Positions 16,755 to 27,264 of a stretch of 64,000 nt of DNA are shown piece after piece. The stretch is from the NCBI GenBank assembly GCA_023423795.1, contig JAFAEX010000309.1, positions 3,177 to 67,176 on the forward strand. Direction: 5' to 3'. Made by a program: the position numbers and the translations under genes. Position 1 is the stretch's first letter. The number at the start of each line of letters is the position of its first letter. This DNA is from Chloroflexota bacterium. Its GTDB lineage: Bacteria; Chloroflexota; Chloroflexia; Thermomicrobiales; UBA6265. The notes under the pieces were generated by a model. The model was not told the DNA's origin, ran no database searches, and worked only from the letters and a program-made list of their open reading frames with translations.

Positions 16755-18458
16755 ATGAAACCGGCGACGACGAACAACCGAAGACCGCTCCTCATCGCGC
16801 TGCTGGTCGCGTCGCTCGCGGCCCTGGCCGTGTTCGCCTTTCTCGAGTTCCGGCCGACGGACGGACCTCTCGAGCCGCAGCGGGCGATCGACGTGCCCGC
16901 GACGGCGCCGGTGCTGGTGGCCGCCCACGACCTCGCGCCCGGCCAACTGCTGACCGAACTGGACGTCGAGGCGCGCGAGGTGCCGCTCGACGCTGTCCAC
17001 CCGCGCGCGTTGACGCAGCCGGAGGACGCCGTCGGCATGCGCGCCGCCGTCGCGATGGCCGCCGGCGAGCAGGTGCTCGACCTCCGGCTGACCGGCGATG
17101 CTCCGGCCGACGCGGAAACGTTCGCCCGTGACGTTCCGCCCGGGATGCGCGCGATGGCGCTCACCGCGGATGAGGTCGTGCTGGTCGGCGGCCTCGCCCA
17201 GCCGGGCGACCGCGTGGACGTCGTCGGCTACTGGGAAATGGACATCAAGCCGGTGGACTGGTCGAAATTCGACGGCCCGACCGGGCTCGGCGGCTCCAAC
17301 AGCGGAGATGACTTGAGCAGCGGCGATTTGGAGGACGAGAGCGCCGAGGACGACGCGGAATACACCCAGTACGTCTCCTCCTACGTCGTGCAGGACGTGG
17401 AGGTGCTGGCCGTCGCGCAGGCGCTGACCCCCGGCGATCCCGGGCTGGTCGAGGACGCGGGCGAGGCCGAGCAGCCGGCCGGGGATGTGCCGGCCACCGA
17501 GGGCGAGACGCCCGCCGCCGTCGTGCCGACCCCGCAGCCTCAACCGGTGGCGCGGCCATCCGCCGCGAGCGTCACCCTGCTGGTCTCGCCCGAGCAGGCG
17601 AGCCGGCTGATGCTGGCGATCCACACCGTCGAGAGCGACGACGCGCTGCGGATGGTCCTGCGCGCTCCCGGGGACACGACGACCGTAGACCTGCCGCCCG
17701 CCCAACTCGGCGAGATCCCAGTGGGCAACATGCTCGGCCATACCGACAAGGCGATGAACGAAAGCCCGCTGTTGATCACCGAGGCGTCGTTCTCCATGGG
17801 CGTGCTCGAAATCGGCGAGGAACTGGAGTTCACCGCCACCGTCAAGAACGTGTCTGACGCAACGATCCGCGCCAGCACCGGCGGCGCGCCGAACGGGTAC
17901 GCCTACCAGCAGGGGCAGGCGTGGGACGCGATGGGCTTCTTCGCCGACTCCGGCGTCTACCGGATCGGCCTGAACGTCGCCGGCGCGTCGCCGCAGCCCT
18001 TCCCGTACCGCTGGACGATCGGCACGGACCTCGCGCCGGGCGCATCGACCACCATCAGCGGCTCGGTGCGCCTGACCGAGGCGACGACCGCCACACGCTA
18101 CTGGCTCGGCGTCATCGGCGAACCGAACCTGCCGGTGCAGGACGGCGTTGGCGTGAACGAGATCACCGTCAACCCGCCCGGCGAAGTCGAAGTGACGGCG
18201 GCCAGCGCGCCCCTCCGCGCCGAACCGGACGGCGTGGCCGAGACCGTGGCGACGGCGGGCGCGGGGACGGTCTTGCGCGTGATCGACGCGGAATCCGGCT
18301 GGTTCCGGGTCCGAACCGACGGCGGCAGCGGCTGGATCGAAGCCTCGGCGGTCCAGGCCGTGCGTGAAACCCCCGACGATGGCCCGGCAGCGGGCGACGA
18401 CGCGGCGGCGTCGGTCGAGACGCCGGCTTCGCCCGTGCCCGAAGGGGGTGGGACATGA
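16755..18458 (+). CDS. cpaB: CpaB/RcpC pilus assembly protein with long C-terminal extension ending in an SH3b-like domain
   Basis: N-terminal TM, then SAF-like VLVAAHDLAPGQLLT and RcpC-like GMRAMALT...GDRVDVVG. An acidic linker and an Ig-like segment follow. The C-terminus reads GTVLRVIDAESGWFRVRTDGGSGWIEASAV (SH3_3-like). Confidence 0.8.
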   Translation: MKPATTNNRRPLLIALLVASLAALAVFAFLEFRPTDGPLEPQRAIDVPATAPVLVAAHDLAPGQLLTELDVEAREVPLDAVHPRALTQPEDAVGMRAAVAMAAGEQVLDLRLTGDAPADAETFARDVPPGMRAMALTADEVVLVGGLAQPGDRVDVVGYWEMDIKPVDWSKFDGPTGLGGSNSGDDLSSGDLEDESAEDDAEYTQYVSSYVVQDVEVLAVAQALTPGDPGLVEDAGEAEQPAGDVPATEGETPAAVVPTPQPQPVARPSAASVTLLVSPEQASRLMLAIHTVESDDALRMVLRAPGDTTTVDLPPAQLGEIPVGNMLGHTDKAMNESPLLITEASFSMGVLEIGEELEFTATVKNVSDATIRASTGGAPNGYAYQQGQAWDAMGFFADSGVYRIGLNVAGASPQPFPYRWTIGTDLAPGASTTISGSVRLTEATTATRYWLGVIGEPNLPVQDGVGVNEITVNPPGEVEVTAASAPLRAEPDGVAETVATAGAGTVLRVIDAESGWFRVRTDGGSGWIEASAVQAVRETPDDGPAAGDDAAASVETPASPVPEGGGT

Positions 18459-19939
18459 GCGAGACCGTCGTGAAAGTGCTCGTCGTCGATGACGACGAGA
18501 AGGCGCGCCGCCGGTTGATCGGGCAGTTCCGCTTCCCCGACGTGCAGGTCGTCGGCGAGAGCACGCTCGGCGCGGCCGCCTACACCTGGGCCGAGCAACT
18601 CGACGTCGATGTCGTCGTGGTCGCCGTCGAGGAGCCGGTCGCGCGCGCGCTGCGCACCATCGAGGCGCTGTCGGTCGGACAGCGGACGTGGCCGGTCGTC
18701 GCCGTGTCGAGCCTCGCCGACCGCGACACGATGCGCAAGGCGATCCTCGCCGGCGTGCGCGATTACCTCGTGCTGCCGCTCGACGCCGCCGAGGTGCGGC
18801 GCACCGTCGTTCGCGCCCACCAGACCGAGGCCGAGCGCCGGGCGGCGGCGGAGCAGGGGACCAAGCGGCTCGGCACCATCGTGACCGTGTTCGGCGTCAA
18901 GGGCGGCATCGGCAAGTCCACCGTCGCCTGCAACGTCGCCGCCGCGCTGGCGCAGGAAACCCGGCACCAGGTCGCGTTGCTCGACCTCGACCTCCACTTC
19001 GGCGACGCCGCGGTGATGCTGGATCTCGTGCCGGAGGCGACGATCGTCGATGCCGCCGGCAACATCGATCCCAACCGGCCGCAGTCGGTCGAACCATTCC
19101 TGACGACGCACCCGTCGCGGGTTCGCCTGCTCGCCTCGCCGCCGGTGCCGGACGCGTCGGCCGCGATTGCGCCGGAGCAGGTCGCCAAGGTGCTGGAGAT
19201 GCTGGCCGCCACCCACGATTACGTCGTGGTCGATACCGGCGCGCAGGTCGATCCCGTCACCGCCACCGCGCTCGACATGGCGACGATGGTGTTGCTGCTG
19301 GTCGTGCCGGAAGTGACCGCCATCCGCCGCACCAAGGCCGCGCTCGGGCTGATGGAGGAGTCCGGCTACTCCCGCGACAAACTGAAACTGGTGCTGAACC
19401 GCACCGACGCGAAGTCGGAAGTCTCGCCGGCGGACACCGCCTCGGCGCTGAACTACCCGGTCTACGCGCAGATCCCGGACGACCGGGCCGTGGCGCGCTC
19501 GATCACGGTCGGCGTCCCGGTCGTGATGTCCGCGCCGAAAACGAAGGCCGGCCGCGCCCTGCTGGACCTCGGGCGCGGCCTCGCCGGGGCCGACGCTCCG
19601 CCGCCGAAGCGCGGCCGCTTCCCGTGGCCGTTCCGCCCGCAACCGCAGCGCCCGGCTGCGGTGCCGACTGCCCCGCCCGCCGACGAAGCGGCGGTGCGCT
19701 CGGCGTGGGATTCGGTCCTGCACGAGGCGGAGCGCCGAACCGAAGCGGTTGGCAACCGCGACGATGCATTGGGCGCCGATCCGGCGGACCCCGACCCCGG
19801 CCCGCACTATGTGGACCCGGTTGCGGCGGCTGCCGCCGCCATCCTCGCCGGCCGGGAGGATCTGGTGGTGTCGATCGCCTCGGCCACGCCGGAATCGTCC
19901 GGTCCGCCCGCGAACGACCGCGAGGAGGACCGGCGATGA
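18455..19939 (+). CDS. tadZ: TadZ/CpaE: atypical receiver domain + ParA/MinD-like ATPase
   Basis: KVLVVDDDE receiver-like N-terminus, but the phospho-acceptor position reads DVVVVAVEEP (Ala/Val instead of Asp). Deviant Walker A GVKGGIGKST. Pro-rich, low-complexity ~120-aa tail. Confidence 0.8.
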   Translation: MSETVVKVLVVDDDEKARRRLIGQFRFPDVQVVGESTLGAAAYTWAEQLDVDVVVVAVEEPVARALRTIEALSVGQRTWPVVAVSSLADRDTMRKAILAGVRDYLVLPLDAAEVRRTVVRAHQTEAERRAAAEQGTKRLGTIVTVFGVKGGIGKSTVACNVAAALAQETRHQVALLDLDLHFGDAAVMLDLVPEATIVDAAGNIDPNRPQSVEPFLTTHPSRVRLLASPPVPDASAAIAPEQVAKVLEMLAATHDYVVVDTGAQVDPVTATALDMATMVLLLVVPEVTAIRRTKAALGLMEESGYSRDKLKLVLNRTDAKSEVSPADTASALNYPVYAQIPDDRAVARSITVGVPVVMSAPKTKAGRALLDLGRGLAGADAPPPKRGRFPWPFRPQPQRPAAVPTAPPADEAAVRSAWDSVLHEAERRTEAVGNRDDALGADPADPDPGPHYVDPVAAAAAAILAGREDLVVSIASATPESSGPPANDREEDRR

Positions 19940-20018
19940 ACCCGGTTGTGCTGCCCTTGGTCGCCCGCGGTCCCCGATCGCCGCGTGATCCCGAAACCGG
20001 AACCAGGGAACGATAGCG

Positions 20019-21458
20019 ATGTCTCTGCTCGAACGCGTTGCCGGCCCGGCGCGCACAACCGAAAAGCCACCGGCGGCGCCCGTCGCCGAACCGAAGCCTT
20101 CGGCCCGGCCGTCGCTCGTCGGGGCGGTGACGACCGGCGCGCCCGCGACCGCGGAGCCGAACCGGGCGCGGTCGGCGGCGAACCCGGAACTGGCCGCGCT
20201 CCGGTTCCGGCTCTACGACCGGATGGTGCGGGACATCGATCCCGCCCGCCTCAGCGCCCAGCCCGACCGCGCCTCGGCGCGTCGCGGCGTCGAGGACGCC
20301 GTCGAGGAACTGATCCGGCAGGAAGGGCTGAACCTCCCGTGGCCGGACGTGGTCACGCTGCGGCGCGAGGTCGCCGACGAGATAGTCGGGCTGGGGCCGA
20401 TCGAACCGCTGCTGAACGACGATTCCGTGTCCGAGGTGATGGTCAACAGCCCCGACCGCATCTTTTTCGAGCGCGGAGGCAAGTTGAACCGTTCGGAGCG
20501 GACGTTCCGCGACGACGACCACGTGATGCGGGTGATAGAGCGCATCGTCGCCCCGCTCGGGCGGCGCATCGACGAATCGTCGCCGATGGTCGATGCCCGG
20601 CTGGCCGACGGCTCGCGCGTGAACGCGATCATCCCGCCGCTGGCCGTGCACGGGCCGTCTCTGACGATCCGGAAGTTCGCGAAGAAGCGCCTGACCGACG
20701 CCGACCTGATCCGGCTCGGGGCGATCACCCAGGAGATGGCCGATTTCCTGGAGGCCTGCGTCGCCAGCAAGATGAACGTGCTCGTCTCCGGCGGCACCGG
20801 TTCCGGCAAGACGACCTTCCTCAACATGCTCGGCGGCTACATCCCGCCGACCGAGCGGCTGGTGACGATCGAGGACCCGGCCGAACTGCGGATTCCGATC
20901 GACAACCTCGTGAGCCTCGAAACCCGTCCGCCGAACATCGAGGGCAAGGGGCAGATCACCCAGCGCGAACTGGTCAAGAACGCACTCCGCATGCGTCCGG
21001 ACCGGATCATCATCGGAGAATGCCGCGGCGGCGAAGCGTTCGACATGCTACAGGCGATGAACACCGGCCACGACGGCTCGCTGACCACGATCCACGCCAA
21101 CTCGCCGCGCGATGCCCTCTCCCGGATCGAGAACATGGTCCTGATGGCCAACCTCGACCTGCCGGTGCGCGCCATTCGCGAGCAGATCGCCTCGGCGATC
21201 CACCTCGTCGTCCAGTTGACGCGCCTGTCCGACGGCAGCCGCCGCATCACCTACGTCACCGAGATCGTCGGCATGGAACAGGACGTGATCACCATGCACG
21301 ACGTCTTCACCTTCGACCAGCGGGGCATCGACGAGGACGGCAAGGTCATCGGCGAACTGCGCCCGAGCGGCATCCGCCCCGTCTGCGCCGAAAAACTGGA
21401 GCGGCACGGCTTCGCGTTGCCGCCCGAGATGTTCCAGTCGGCCCCGCGCCGGCGCTAA
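20019..21458 (+). CDS. tadA: CpaF/TadA secretion ATPase
   Basis: Walker [12 protein letters not shown], Asp box, Walker B IIIGECRG, His box [13 protein letters not shown]. Confidence 0.9.
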   Translation: MSLLERVAGPARTTEKPPAAPVAEPKPSARPSLVGAVTTGAPATAEPNRARSAANPELAALRFRLYDRMVRDIDPARLSAQPDRASARRGVEDAVEELIRQEGLNLPWPDVVTLRREVADEIVGLGPIEPLLNDDSVSEVMVNSPDRIFFERGGKLNRSERTFRDDDHVMRVIERIVAPLGRRIDESSPMVDARLADGSRVNAIIPPLAVHGPSLTIRKFAKKRLTDADLIRLGAITQEMADFLEACVASKMNVLVSGGTGSGKTTFLNMLGGYIPPTERLVTIEDPAELRIPIDNLVSLETRPPNIEGKGQITQRELVKNALRMRPDRIIIGECRGGEAFDMLQAMNTGHDGSLTTIHANSPRDALSRIENMVLMANLDLPVRAIREQIASAIHLVVQLTRLSDGSRRITYVTEIVGMEQDVITMHDVFTFDQRGIDEDGKVIGELRPSGIRPVCAEKLERHGFALPPEMFQSAPRRR

Positions 21459-21475
21459 CCGGGGCGCTCCCGGAG

Positions 21476-22471
21476 ATGACCGAGGTTCGAGTCGTGGATC
21501 CGTTGATGCTGGCGCCGCTGGTGGTGTTCGTGGTGGTCCTTGCCGCGGCGTACCTGCTGCTGTCCCGCGGCGGGGAGCGGCAGGACCCGGTCAAGCGGCG
21601 GCTCGAAGGCGGTGCGCCCCGGCGCATGGCTCCGACGGAGAAACCCGCCGTCGAACCGGTCAGCCTGCTGCGCGATTCGGCCATGGCCCCATCGTCGCCG
21701 CTGCTGCGCCTGCTGACGAACGCGCCGGCGGCGCGGTCGGCGGAAATCGACCTGAAGCAGGCGGACCTGGCGATCCACCCGGCCTCCTACGTGCTGGGCC
21801 GGATCGTTCCGGCCGCGCTCGCGATTGTGTTGGTCGCGCTCGGGGTCGCGCCGCCGCCGATCGGGCTCGCGATCGCGGTGCTCGGCTGGTTCCTGCCGCG
21901 CTTCGTCGTGCGGCGCAAGGCGAAGCAGCGGACCGATGCCTTCGAGGGCCAGCTCGCCGAAGCGCTCGACCTGCTGGCCGGCGCGCTGCGGGCCGGGCAC
22001 GGTTTTCTGCAGGCGATCGAATCGACCGCGCACGAGATGTCGAGCCCGATGAAGGACGAATTGCTGCGGCTGATCGACGCGGTGAACGTCGGCGGCAGCG
22101 TGGACGCCGCGCTGGAAGAACTTCCCGGCCGGATCGACAGCTACGACGTGCAACTGATGACCTCGGCCATCGCCGTCCAGCGGCAGGCCGGCGGCAACCT
22201 CGCCGAGGTCCTGCAAACGCTCTCGAAGACCGTGCGCGAGCGCCGCCGCATCCGTGGCGAGGTGAAGGCGCTGACGGCCGCGCCCCGGATGTCCGGCTAC
22301 ATCGTCGGCGCGCTGCCGTTCGGCCTGACGGTGTACTTCGCGGCCGTCAGCAGCGATTTCCGCACGTCCATGTTCGGGACCGACATCGGCCGGATGATCC
22401 TCGTCGGAGCGGGCGTCTGGACCTTGTTCGGCTTCCTGATCTCGCAACGCATCGCGAAGGTGGAGTATTGA
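21476..22471 (+). CDS. tadB: TadB platform protein (T2SS F-family)
   Basis: 331 aa, N-terminal TM plus a T2SSF domain ([18 protein letters not shown]...). Start trimmed from a fused 841-aa track ORF. CCGGAG RBS. Confidence 0.8.
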   Translation: MTEVRVVDPLMLAPLVVFVVVLAAAYLLLSRGGERQDPVKRRLEGGAPRRMAPTEKPAVEPVSLLRDSAMAPSSPLLRLLTNAPAARSAEIDLKQADLAIHPASYVLGRIVPAALAIVLVALGVAPPPIGLAIAVLGWFLPRFVVRRKAKQRTDAFEGQLAEALDLLAGALRAGHGFLQAIESTAHEMSSPMKDELLRLIDAVNVGGSVDAALEELPGRIDSYDVQLMTSAIAVQRQAGGNLAEVLQTLSKTVRERRRIRGEVKALTAAPRMSGYIVGALPFGLTVYFAAVSSDFRTSMFGTDIGRMILVGAGVWTLFGFLISQRIAKVEY

Positions 22472-23382
22472 TCGTGGACCCGGCCCTGCTGCTCCCATTG
22501 GCCGTTTTCGGAGCGGTCTTCGCGCTCGTCGTCCTCCTGATGGACCGGACTCCGGTCGCGTCGGCTCGGCTGGCCCGGTTCGATCCGACTGCCCGCGCGG
22601 CGCCACCCCGTGCCCCGCGCAAGCGCAAGGCCGAATCGAGCGGGCTGCGCGGGTCGGCCGACCTCGGCCGGCTAGCGAAGATGATGACCGGCGGCGCGCG
22701 GGACGAGGCGCGCAAGAAGACTACCGCCCTGCTGGACCGGGCCGGCAGCCGGATGTCGGTCGGCCGCTACCTGACGCTGCGCGCGGTGCTGCTGATCGTC
22801 GTGGGGCCGCTGCTGGCGATCCTCGCGCTGGTCAACTTCGGGCTGACGCTGCCCGGTGTCGGCGCGGCCGCCGTGGCGATGCTGCTGCTGCCGCGCCTGC
22901 CGGGAATCCTCCTGGAGCGCAAGGCGAAGGCGCGCGCGATCGACATCGAAAAGGGGCTGCCGGACGCGCTCGACCTGCTGGTCGTTTGCGTCGAGGGCGG
23001 CTTGAGCCTCGACGGCGCGCTGATGCAGGTGGCTACGCGCACCCGGGGTGAAGTCGCCGCCGAACTACGCCGCTTGCAGCGGGACATGGCGGCGGGCATG
23101 GGCCGCCGCGACGCCTTCCTCGCGCTGGCCGCGCGCTCGCCGTCGGAGAACCTCGCCATCGTCTGCTCGTCGATCACCCAGGCGGACAAGATGGGCATGA
23201 GCGTGGCGACGACCCTGCGCGCGCTCACCGAGACGATGCGGACCCGCCGCCGGCAGGCCGCCGAGGAGAATGCGAACAAGGCCCCAATCAAGATGATGCC
23301 GGTGCTGGTGATCTTCATGATCCCGTCGCTGTTCGCCGTCATCCTCGGGCAGGCGGTCATCGCGTTCATGAACATGAACTGA
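22468..23382 (+). CDS. tadC: TadC platform protein (T2SS F-family)
   Basis: LPDALDLLVVCVEGGLSLDGAL...ANKAPIKMMPVLVIFMIPSLF. 4-nt overlap with tadB. Confidence 0.8.
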   Translation: MIVDPALLLPLAVFGAVFALVVLLMDRTPVASARLARFDPTARAAPPRAPRKRKAESSGLRGSADLGRLAKMMTGGARDEARKKTTALLDRAGSRMSVGRYLTLRAVLLIVVGPLLAILALVNFGLTLPGVGAAAVAMLLLPRLPGILLERKAKARAIDIEKGLPDALDLLVVCVEGGLSLDGALMQVATRTRGEVAAELRRLQRDMAAGMGRRDAFLALAARSPSENLAIVCSSITQADKMGMSVATTLRALTETMRTRRRQAAEENANKAPIKMMPVLVIFMIPSLFAVILGQAVIAFMNMN

Positions 23383-23385
23383 GCC

Positions 23386-24036
23386 GTGGCCGAACCGTTC
23401 GTCCTCGTCGCCGGCCTGAGCGGGGCGGTTGTGGCCGCCGCCGTCGCCGGCCTCGCCGACCGCTGGGCCGCCGCGCTTGCCGGCGCTGCTTCGTGCGAGC
23501 GGCCGCCGTCCGCACCGACCGTCGCGGTGTGCGCTGCCGCCGGATTCGGTTTCGGCTCGGCGCTCGGGATGCGCGGGGCGGATATCGTCGCCGTCGGCTG
23601 GGCGCTCGTTGTTGCGGCGCCGCTGGTGCTGGTCGCGCTAATCGACCTGCGGACACGGTTGATTCCGCTCGCGGCCGTGGCGGCGGTGGGCGTGCTCGGG
23701 CTCGCCCGCGCCGCGGCGGAGGACGCGCTGGTAGCTTCCGCTATCGGCATGCTCGTCGGAGCGGCGATCTTCGCGCTGCTCTGGGCCGCCGCCTTGCCCC
23801 TGCGGGCGCGGGCGGGAACGACGCCGTTTGGGATGGGCGACGTGCTGCTCGCTGCCGGGATCGGCGCGGTCGCCGGCTGGCCGTCCGTGTTGCCGACCCT
23901 GTTCCTCGGGGCAGTCTTCGGCGCGTTCGGGGCCATCGCGTTGCTCGCCTCGCGCTCAGCCCGCGCGACCGACGCCATTCCCTACGGCGTCTTCCTCGGC
24001 GCGGCGGCGATCCTCGCGGAATTGGCACGGACGTAG
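23386..24036 (+). CDS. second A24-family prepilin peptidase (PilD-like core)
   Basis: Catalytic contexts LIDLRTRLIP and FGMGDVLLAAGIG, plus C-terminal IPYGVFLG. Confidence 0.7.
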   Translation: MAEPFVLVAGLSGAVVAAAVAGLADRWAAALAGAASCERPPSAPTVAVCAAAGFGFGSALGMRGADIVAVGWALVVAAPLVLVALIDLRTRLIPLAAVAAVGVLGLARAAAEDALVASAIGMLVGAAIFALLWAAALPLRARAGTTPFGMGDVLLAAGIGAVAGWPSVLPTLFLGAVFGAFGAIALLASRSARATDAIPYGVFLGAAAILAELART

Positions 24037-24191
24037 GGCATTGCCGCTCCGGGTACGGGAACCCGAACCGCGGCGTATCCGTCACGTGGTCAATGGCTGC
24101 ACGATCCGGTGGTCAACCTCGACTTGACGGGCGGTGGCGCGGTCCCCATCATCGCCGCCAATCACGCTGGCGGCGCGAGAAAGGACGGTTC

Positions 24192-26543
24192 ATGCACGCC
24201 TCCGGTTCGCCCCTGGCTGGGCTGCCGCGTTTGCCGGCCCTGTTCCGGCCGCTGACGCCGTTGCTGGGCCGCGACGACGAGGTCGAAGCGGTGGCATCGC
24301 TCCTGCTCGATTCGGACACCCGGCTGGTGACGCTGACCGGGCCGGGCGGGGTCGGCAAAACCCGCCTGGCGCTGGCCGTGGCCGACCGGGTCGCGGCGTC
24401 CTATCCCGACGGCGTGGCGCCGGTGGATCTCGCCGGTGTTGCCGATGCATCGCTCGTCGTGCCCAGCATAGCCGCCGCACTGGGCGTGCGCGAAGCGGCT
24501 GCCGGGGACGTTGCCGAAACGCTCGCCGACTGGTTGGCCGACCGCCGACTGCTGCTGCTGCTCGACAACTTCGAGCAGGTCGTGGAGGCCGCGGCGGTCG
24601 TCGCCAACCTGCTGGCGGCGTGCCCGGGCGTGGACGCGCTGGTCACCTCGCGCGGGCGGCTGCGGATCGGCGGTGAACGGGTCGTCGAAGTGCGCCCGCT
24701 CGCGGTTGGTGACGGGCTACACGCCGGCCTGTCGCCGGCGGTTGCCTTGTTCGCCGACCGGGCGCGGGCGGTCCGCTCCGACTTCGAGGTGACGCCCGAG
24801 AACCGGGCGACGATCGAGGCGATCTGCGCCTGGCTCGACGGCCTGCCTCTGGCGATCGAACTCGCCGCCGCCTGGATCGGAACCCTGCCGCCCGATGCGC
24901 TGCTCGAACGACTTCAACAGGGCATGGCGCTGCCCGACTTCGGCGCGCGCGACCTGCCCGAGCGCCAGCGGACGATGCGGGCCACGGTGGCCTGGAGTGA
25001 CGGTCTGCTCTCTCCCGACCTGCAATCCACGTTTCATCGGCTGGCGGTTTTTCCCGCCGGATTCACCCTCGACGGCGCGGCGGCGGTGCTCGGAGATGCC
25101 GGCGGCGACGCCTTGCCGGCGGTCGCCGCCCTCGTCGACCGCCACCTCCTTCGTCCGCTCGATCCGGTGGCAGGGGAGCCCCGGTTCGGCATGCTGCAGA
25201 CGATCCGTTCCTACGCCCGGGAGCGGCTGGCGTCCAGCCCCGAGGCCGACGATGTCCGCGACCGTCACCTGCGCTGGTGCGCCGACCTGGTCGAGCGCGG
25301 GGTCGCCTCGGTGGGCACCGCCGAGCAGGAATCGTGGCTGCGCCGCGTCGATGCCGAACACGACTCGATGCGGGCAGCCCTTGCCTGGGGCATCGAGCGC
25401 TGCGACCCGATCGCCGTGCGGCTCGCCGGCGGGTTGTGGCGCTACTGGTTCACGCGCGGCCTGCCCACCGAAGGCCGGCGCTGGAGCGACGCGGTCCTCG
25501 CGGGCTGCCCCGGCGCGCCGGACGCCGACCGCGCACGCCTGCTGCAAGGCATAGGCGCGCTTGCCGCCTCCCAGGGCGACGCGGCCGCCGCCGCCAACGC
25601 GCTCGACGAAAGCCGTGCGATGTACGAGGCGTTGGACGATGCCGCCGGACTGGCGACCTCGCTCAACCTGATGGGGCAGGCCGTCCAAACCGCCGGCGAT
25701 CCGGCGCGGGCGGTCGCCTATCACGAACGCGCGCTGGCCACGGCGCGGTCCATCGACGACGGGTGGCGCATCACGCATTCCCTGAACCTGCTCGCGTCGG
25801 CCCTCGCCGGTTCCGGCCGAACGGATCGGGCCGGGGCCGCTGCCGCCGAGGCGTTGCCGATCGCGCGCGGGCGCGGCGACCGCTGGGGGTTGGCGCTGGC
25901 GCTCGCGACGCTCGGCGGGATCGCGGCCGCCGCGGGAAAACTGGACGACGCCGACCGCGACCTTTCCGAAGCGCTGGCGCTCCAGCGCGCAATCGGCGAC
26001 CGGCGCGGGACGGCCGATGCGCTCGACGCGCTGGCCGACGTGGCGCTCGCGCGGGGCGACGCCGAAGGGGCGGCCTCCCGCCTCGACGAGGCGGTCGCCA
26101 TCGCGCGCAGCGTCGGGGACCGCCGGTTCCTCGCCCGCCTGCTGCTGCGCCTCGGCGGCGCGCTGACGCGGACCGGCGACGACGTCGGCGCGCGGGCGAC
26201 CCTCGCCGAAGCGCGCATGCTGGCGGCGGACCGGGACGATGCCGCCACCCTCGCCGAGGCGGAACGGGCGCTCGGTTCGTCCGCCGAACGATCGCGCCAC
26301 GCTTCGGCCGTGCCGCAACCGTCCACGAGCGGGGAAGCCGCCGCCGCCGAGGCCGGGCTGACGGCACGGGAGATCGACGTCCTCCGCCTGCTGGTGGACG
26401 GCCTGACGAACCGCGAGGTCGGCGACCGCCTCTTCATCGGCCACCGCACCGTGGCGACCCACGTCCTCAACATCCTCGGCAAATTGGGCGTCGATTCCCG
26501 CACCGCCGCCGCCGCCTGGGCCGTCCGCAACGGCTTGGCCTGA
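24192..26543 (+). CDS. LAL-type (large ATP-binding LuxR family) STAND regulator: NTPase + TPR + LuxR HTH
   Basis: Walker A LTGPGGVGKTRLA, LLLLDNFE Walker B, TPR-like repeats, and C-terminal LTAREIDVLRLLVDGLTNREVGDRLFIGHRTVATHVLNILGKLGV. Confidence 0.85.
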   Translation: MHASGSPLAGLPRLPALFRPLTPLLGRDDEVEAVASLLLDSDTRLVTLTGPGGVGKTRLALAVADRVAASYPDGVAPVDLAGVADASLVVPSIAAALGVREAAAGDVAETLADWLADRRLLLLLDNFEQVVEAAAVVANLLAACPGVDALVTSRGRLRIGGERVVEVRPLAVGDGLHAGLSPAVALFADRARAVRSDFEVTPENRATIEAICAWLDGLPLAIELAAAWIGTLPPDALLERLQQGMALPDFGARDLPERQRTMRATVAWSDGLLSPDLQSTFHRLAVFPAGFTLDGAAAVLGDAGGDALPAVAALVDRHLLRPLDPVAGEPRFGMLQTIRSYARERLASSPEADDVRDRHLRWCADLVERGVASVGTAEQESWLRRVDAEHDSMRAALAWGIERCDPIAVRLAGGLWRYWFTRGLPTEGRRWSDAVLAGCPGAPDADRARLLQGIGALAASQGDAAAAANALDESRAMYEALDDAAGLATSLNLMGQAVQTAGDPARAVAYHERALATARSIDDGWRITHSLNLLASALAGSGRTDRAGAAAAEALPIARGRGDRWGLALALATLGGIAAAAGKLDDADRDLSEALALQRAIGDRRGTADALDALADVALARGDAEGAASRLDEAVAIARSVGDRRFLARLLLRLGGALTRTGDDVGARATLAEARMLAADRDDAATLAEAERALGSSAERSRHASAVPQPSTSGEAAAAEAGLTAREIDVLRLLVDGLTNREVGDRLFIGHRTVATHVLNILGKLGVDSRTAAAAWAVRNGLA

Positions 26544-26751
26544 ACCCGCCATTGTGAGGTACGGGCGTTCGTCGCCCGATTGCCAGACGAAATTCGGTGG
26601 TTCGGTTCACCGTTCCATTCGTCGTTCGTAAGGGATGACCCGGTATCCTCTCGAACCCCCTCGCGACACCGGCGCGGGAGGGCGCCGGACCCTCTCCTAC
26701 GAAGCACGGCATCGCAAGCGCCCGAACCGGTGCGAACAGCCGGACGTCGCA

Positions 26752-27264
26752 TCAGCCCGCGAGCAGCAGCGCGAGCCCGACGACGATCGGTGCGACGTGG
26801 ACGACGATCAGCGCCCAGCGGATTGGGGACCGTGGATCGCGCAGCGGTTTCGGCCGCGGAAACGCGCCCAGCCAGAGCCACAGCCCGAGGATGCCGCCGA
26901 GCAGCACCCCGCCGGCAATGGCGGCCCACGCGATGCGGGCAACGCCGTCCGGCGACCAGCCGAGCGCGACCATCCCGGCAAGCGGCAGCGTGACGAGCGT
27001 CGATGGCACAACGAGCAACCGGGTCGCGACCGGGTGCGACAGACTGGCGACCAGCACCGTCGGCATCAGGAGCCAGCCGGCGAACAGCGCCCGCGTCGCC
27101 GCCGCCGGTGCCGCGGTTCGATCGACCGCGAGCCACCAGATCAGGCCGAGCGCGACGGCGCTGACACTGGCGAGGCGGATGATCCTGCGCCGCATGGCGA
27201 CGGCCGCCGTCGGCGCGAAGCGGGCGTGCATTCCCGCTGAGCGGACGGTCGCGGGGGTGCTCAT
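26752..27264 (-). CDS. hypothetical polytopic membrane protein
   Basis: 171 aa with 4-5 hydrophobic helices. Its ATG overlaps the radical-SAM stop (ATGA). Confidence 0.5.
   Translation of the reverse strand: MSTPATVRSAGMHARFAPTAAVAMRRRIIRLASVSAVALGLIWWLAVDRTAAPAAATRALFAGWLLMPTVLVASLSHPVATRLLVVPSTLVTLPLAGMVALGWSPDGVARIAWAAIAGGVLLGGILGLWLWLGAFPRPKPLRDPRSPIRWALIVVHVAPIVVGLALLLAG

Noticed and set aside
23493-24191. N-terminal 233-aa extension of the LAL regulator ORF (track ORF 23493-26543).
   Set aside because: The extension is Arg-rich junk that overlaps the second prepilin-peptidase gene in another frame. The Met at 24192 sits directly before the NTPase domain.
9541-26750. Second att site (direct repeat of the tRNA-Leu 3' end) that would delimit an island containing the Tad locus.
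   Set aside because: I could not find a convincing copy of GGTTCGAATCCCGCTCCCGGCA or a long sub-string by eye. Island boundaries therefore remain unproven.
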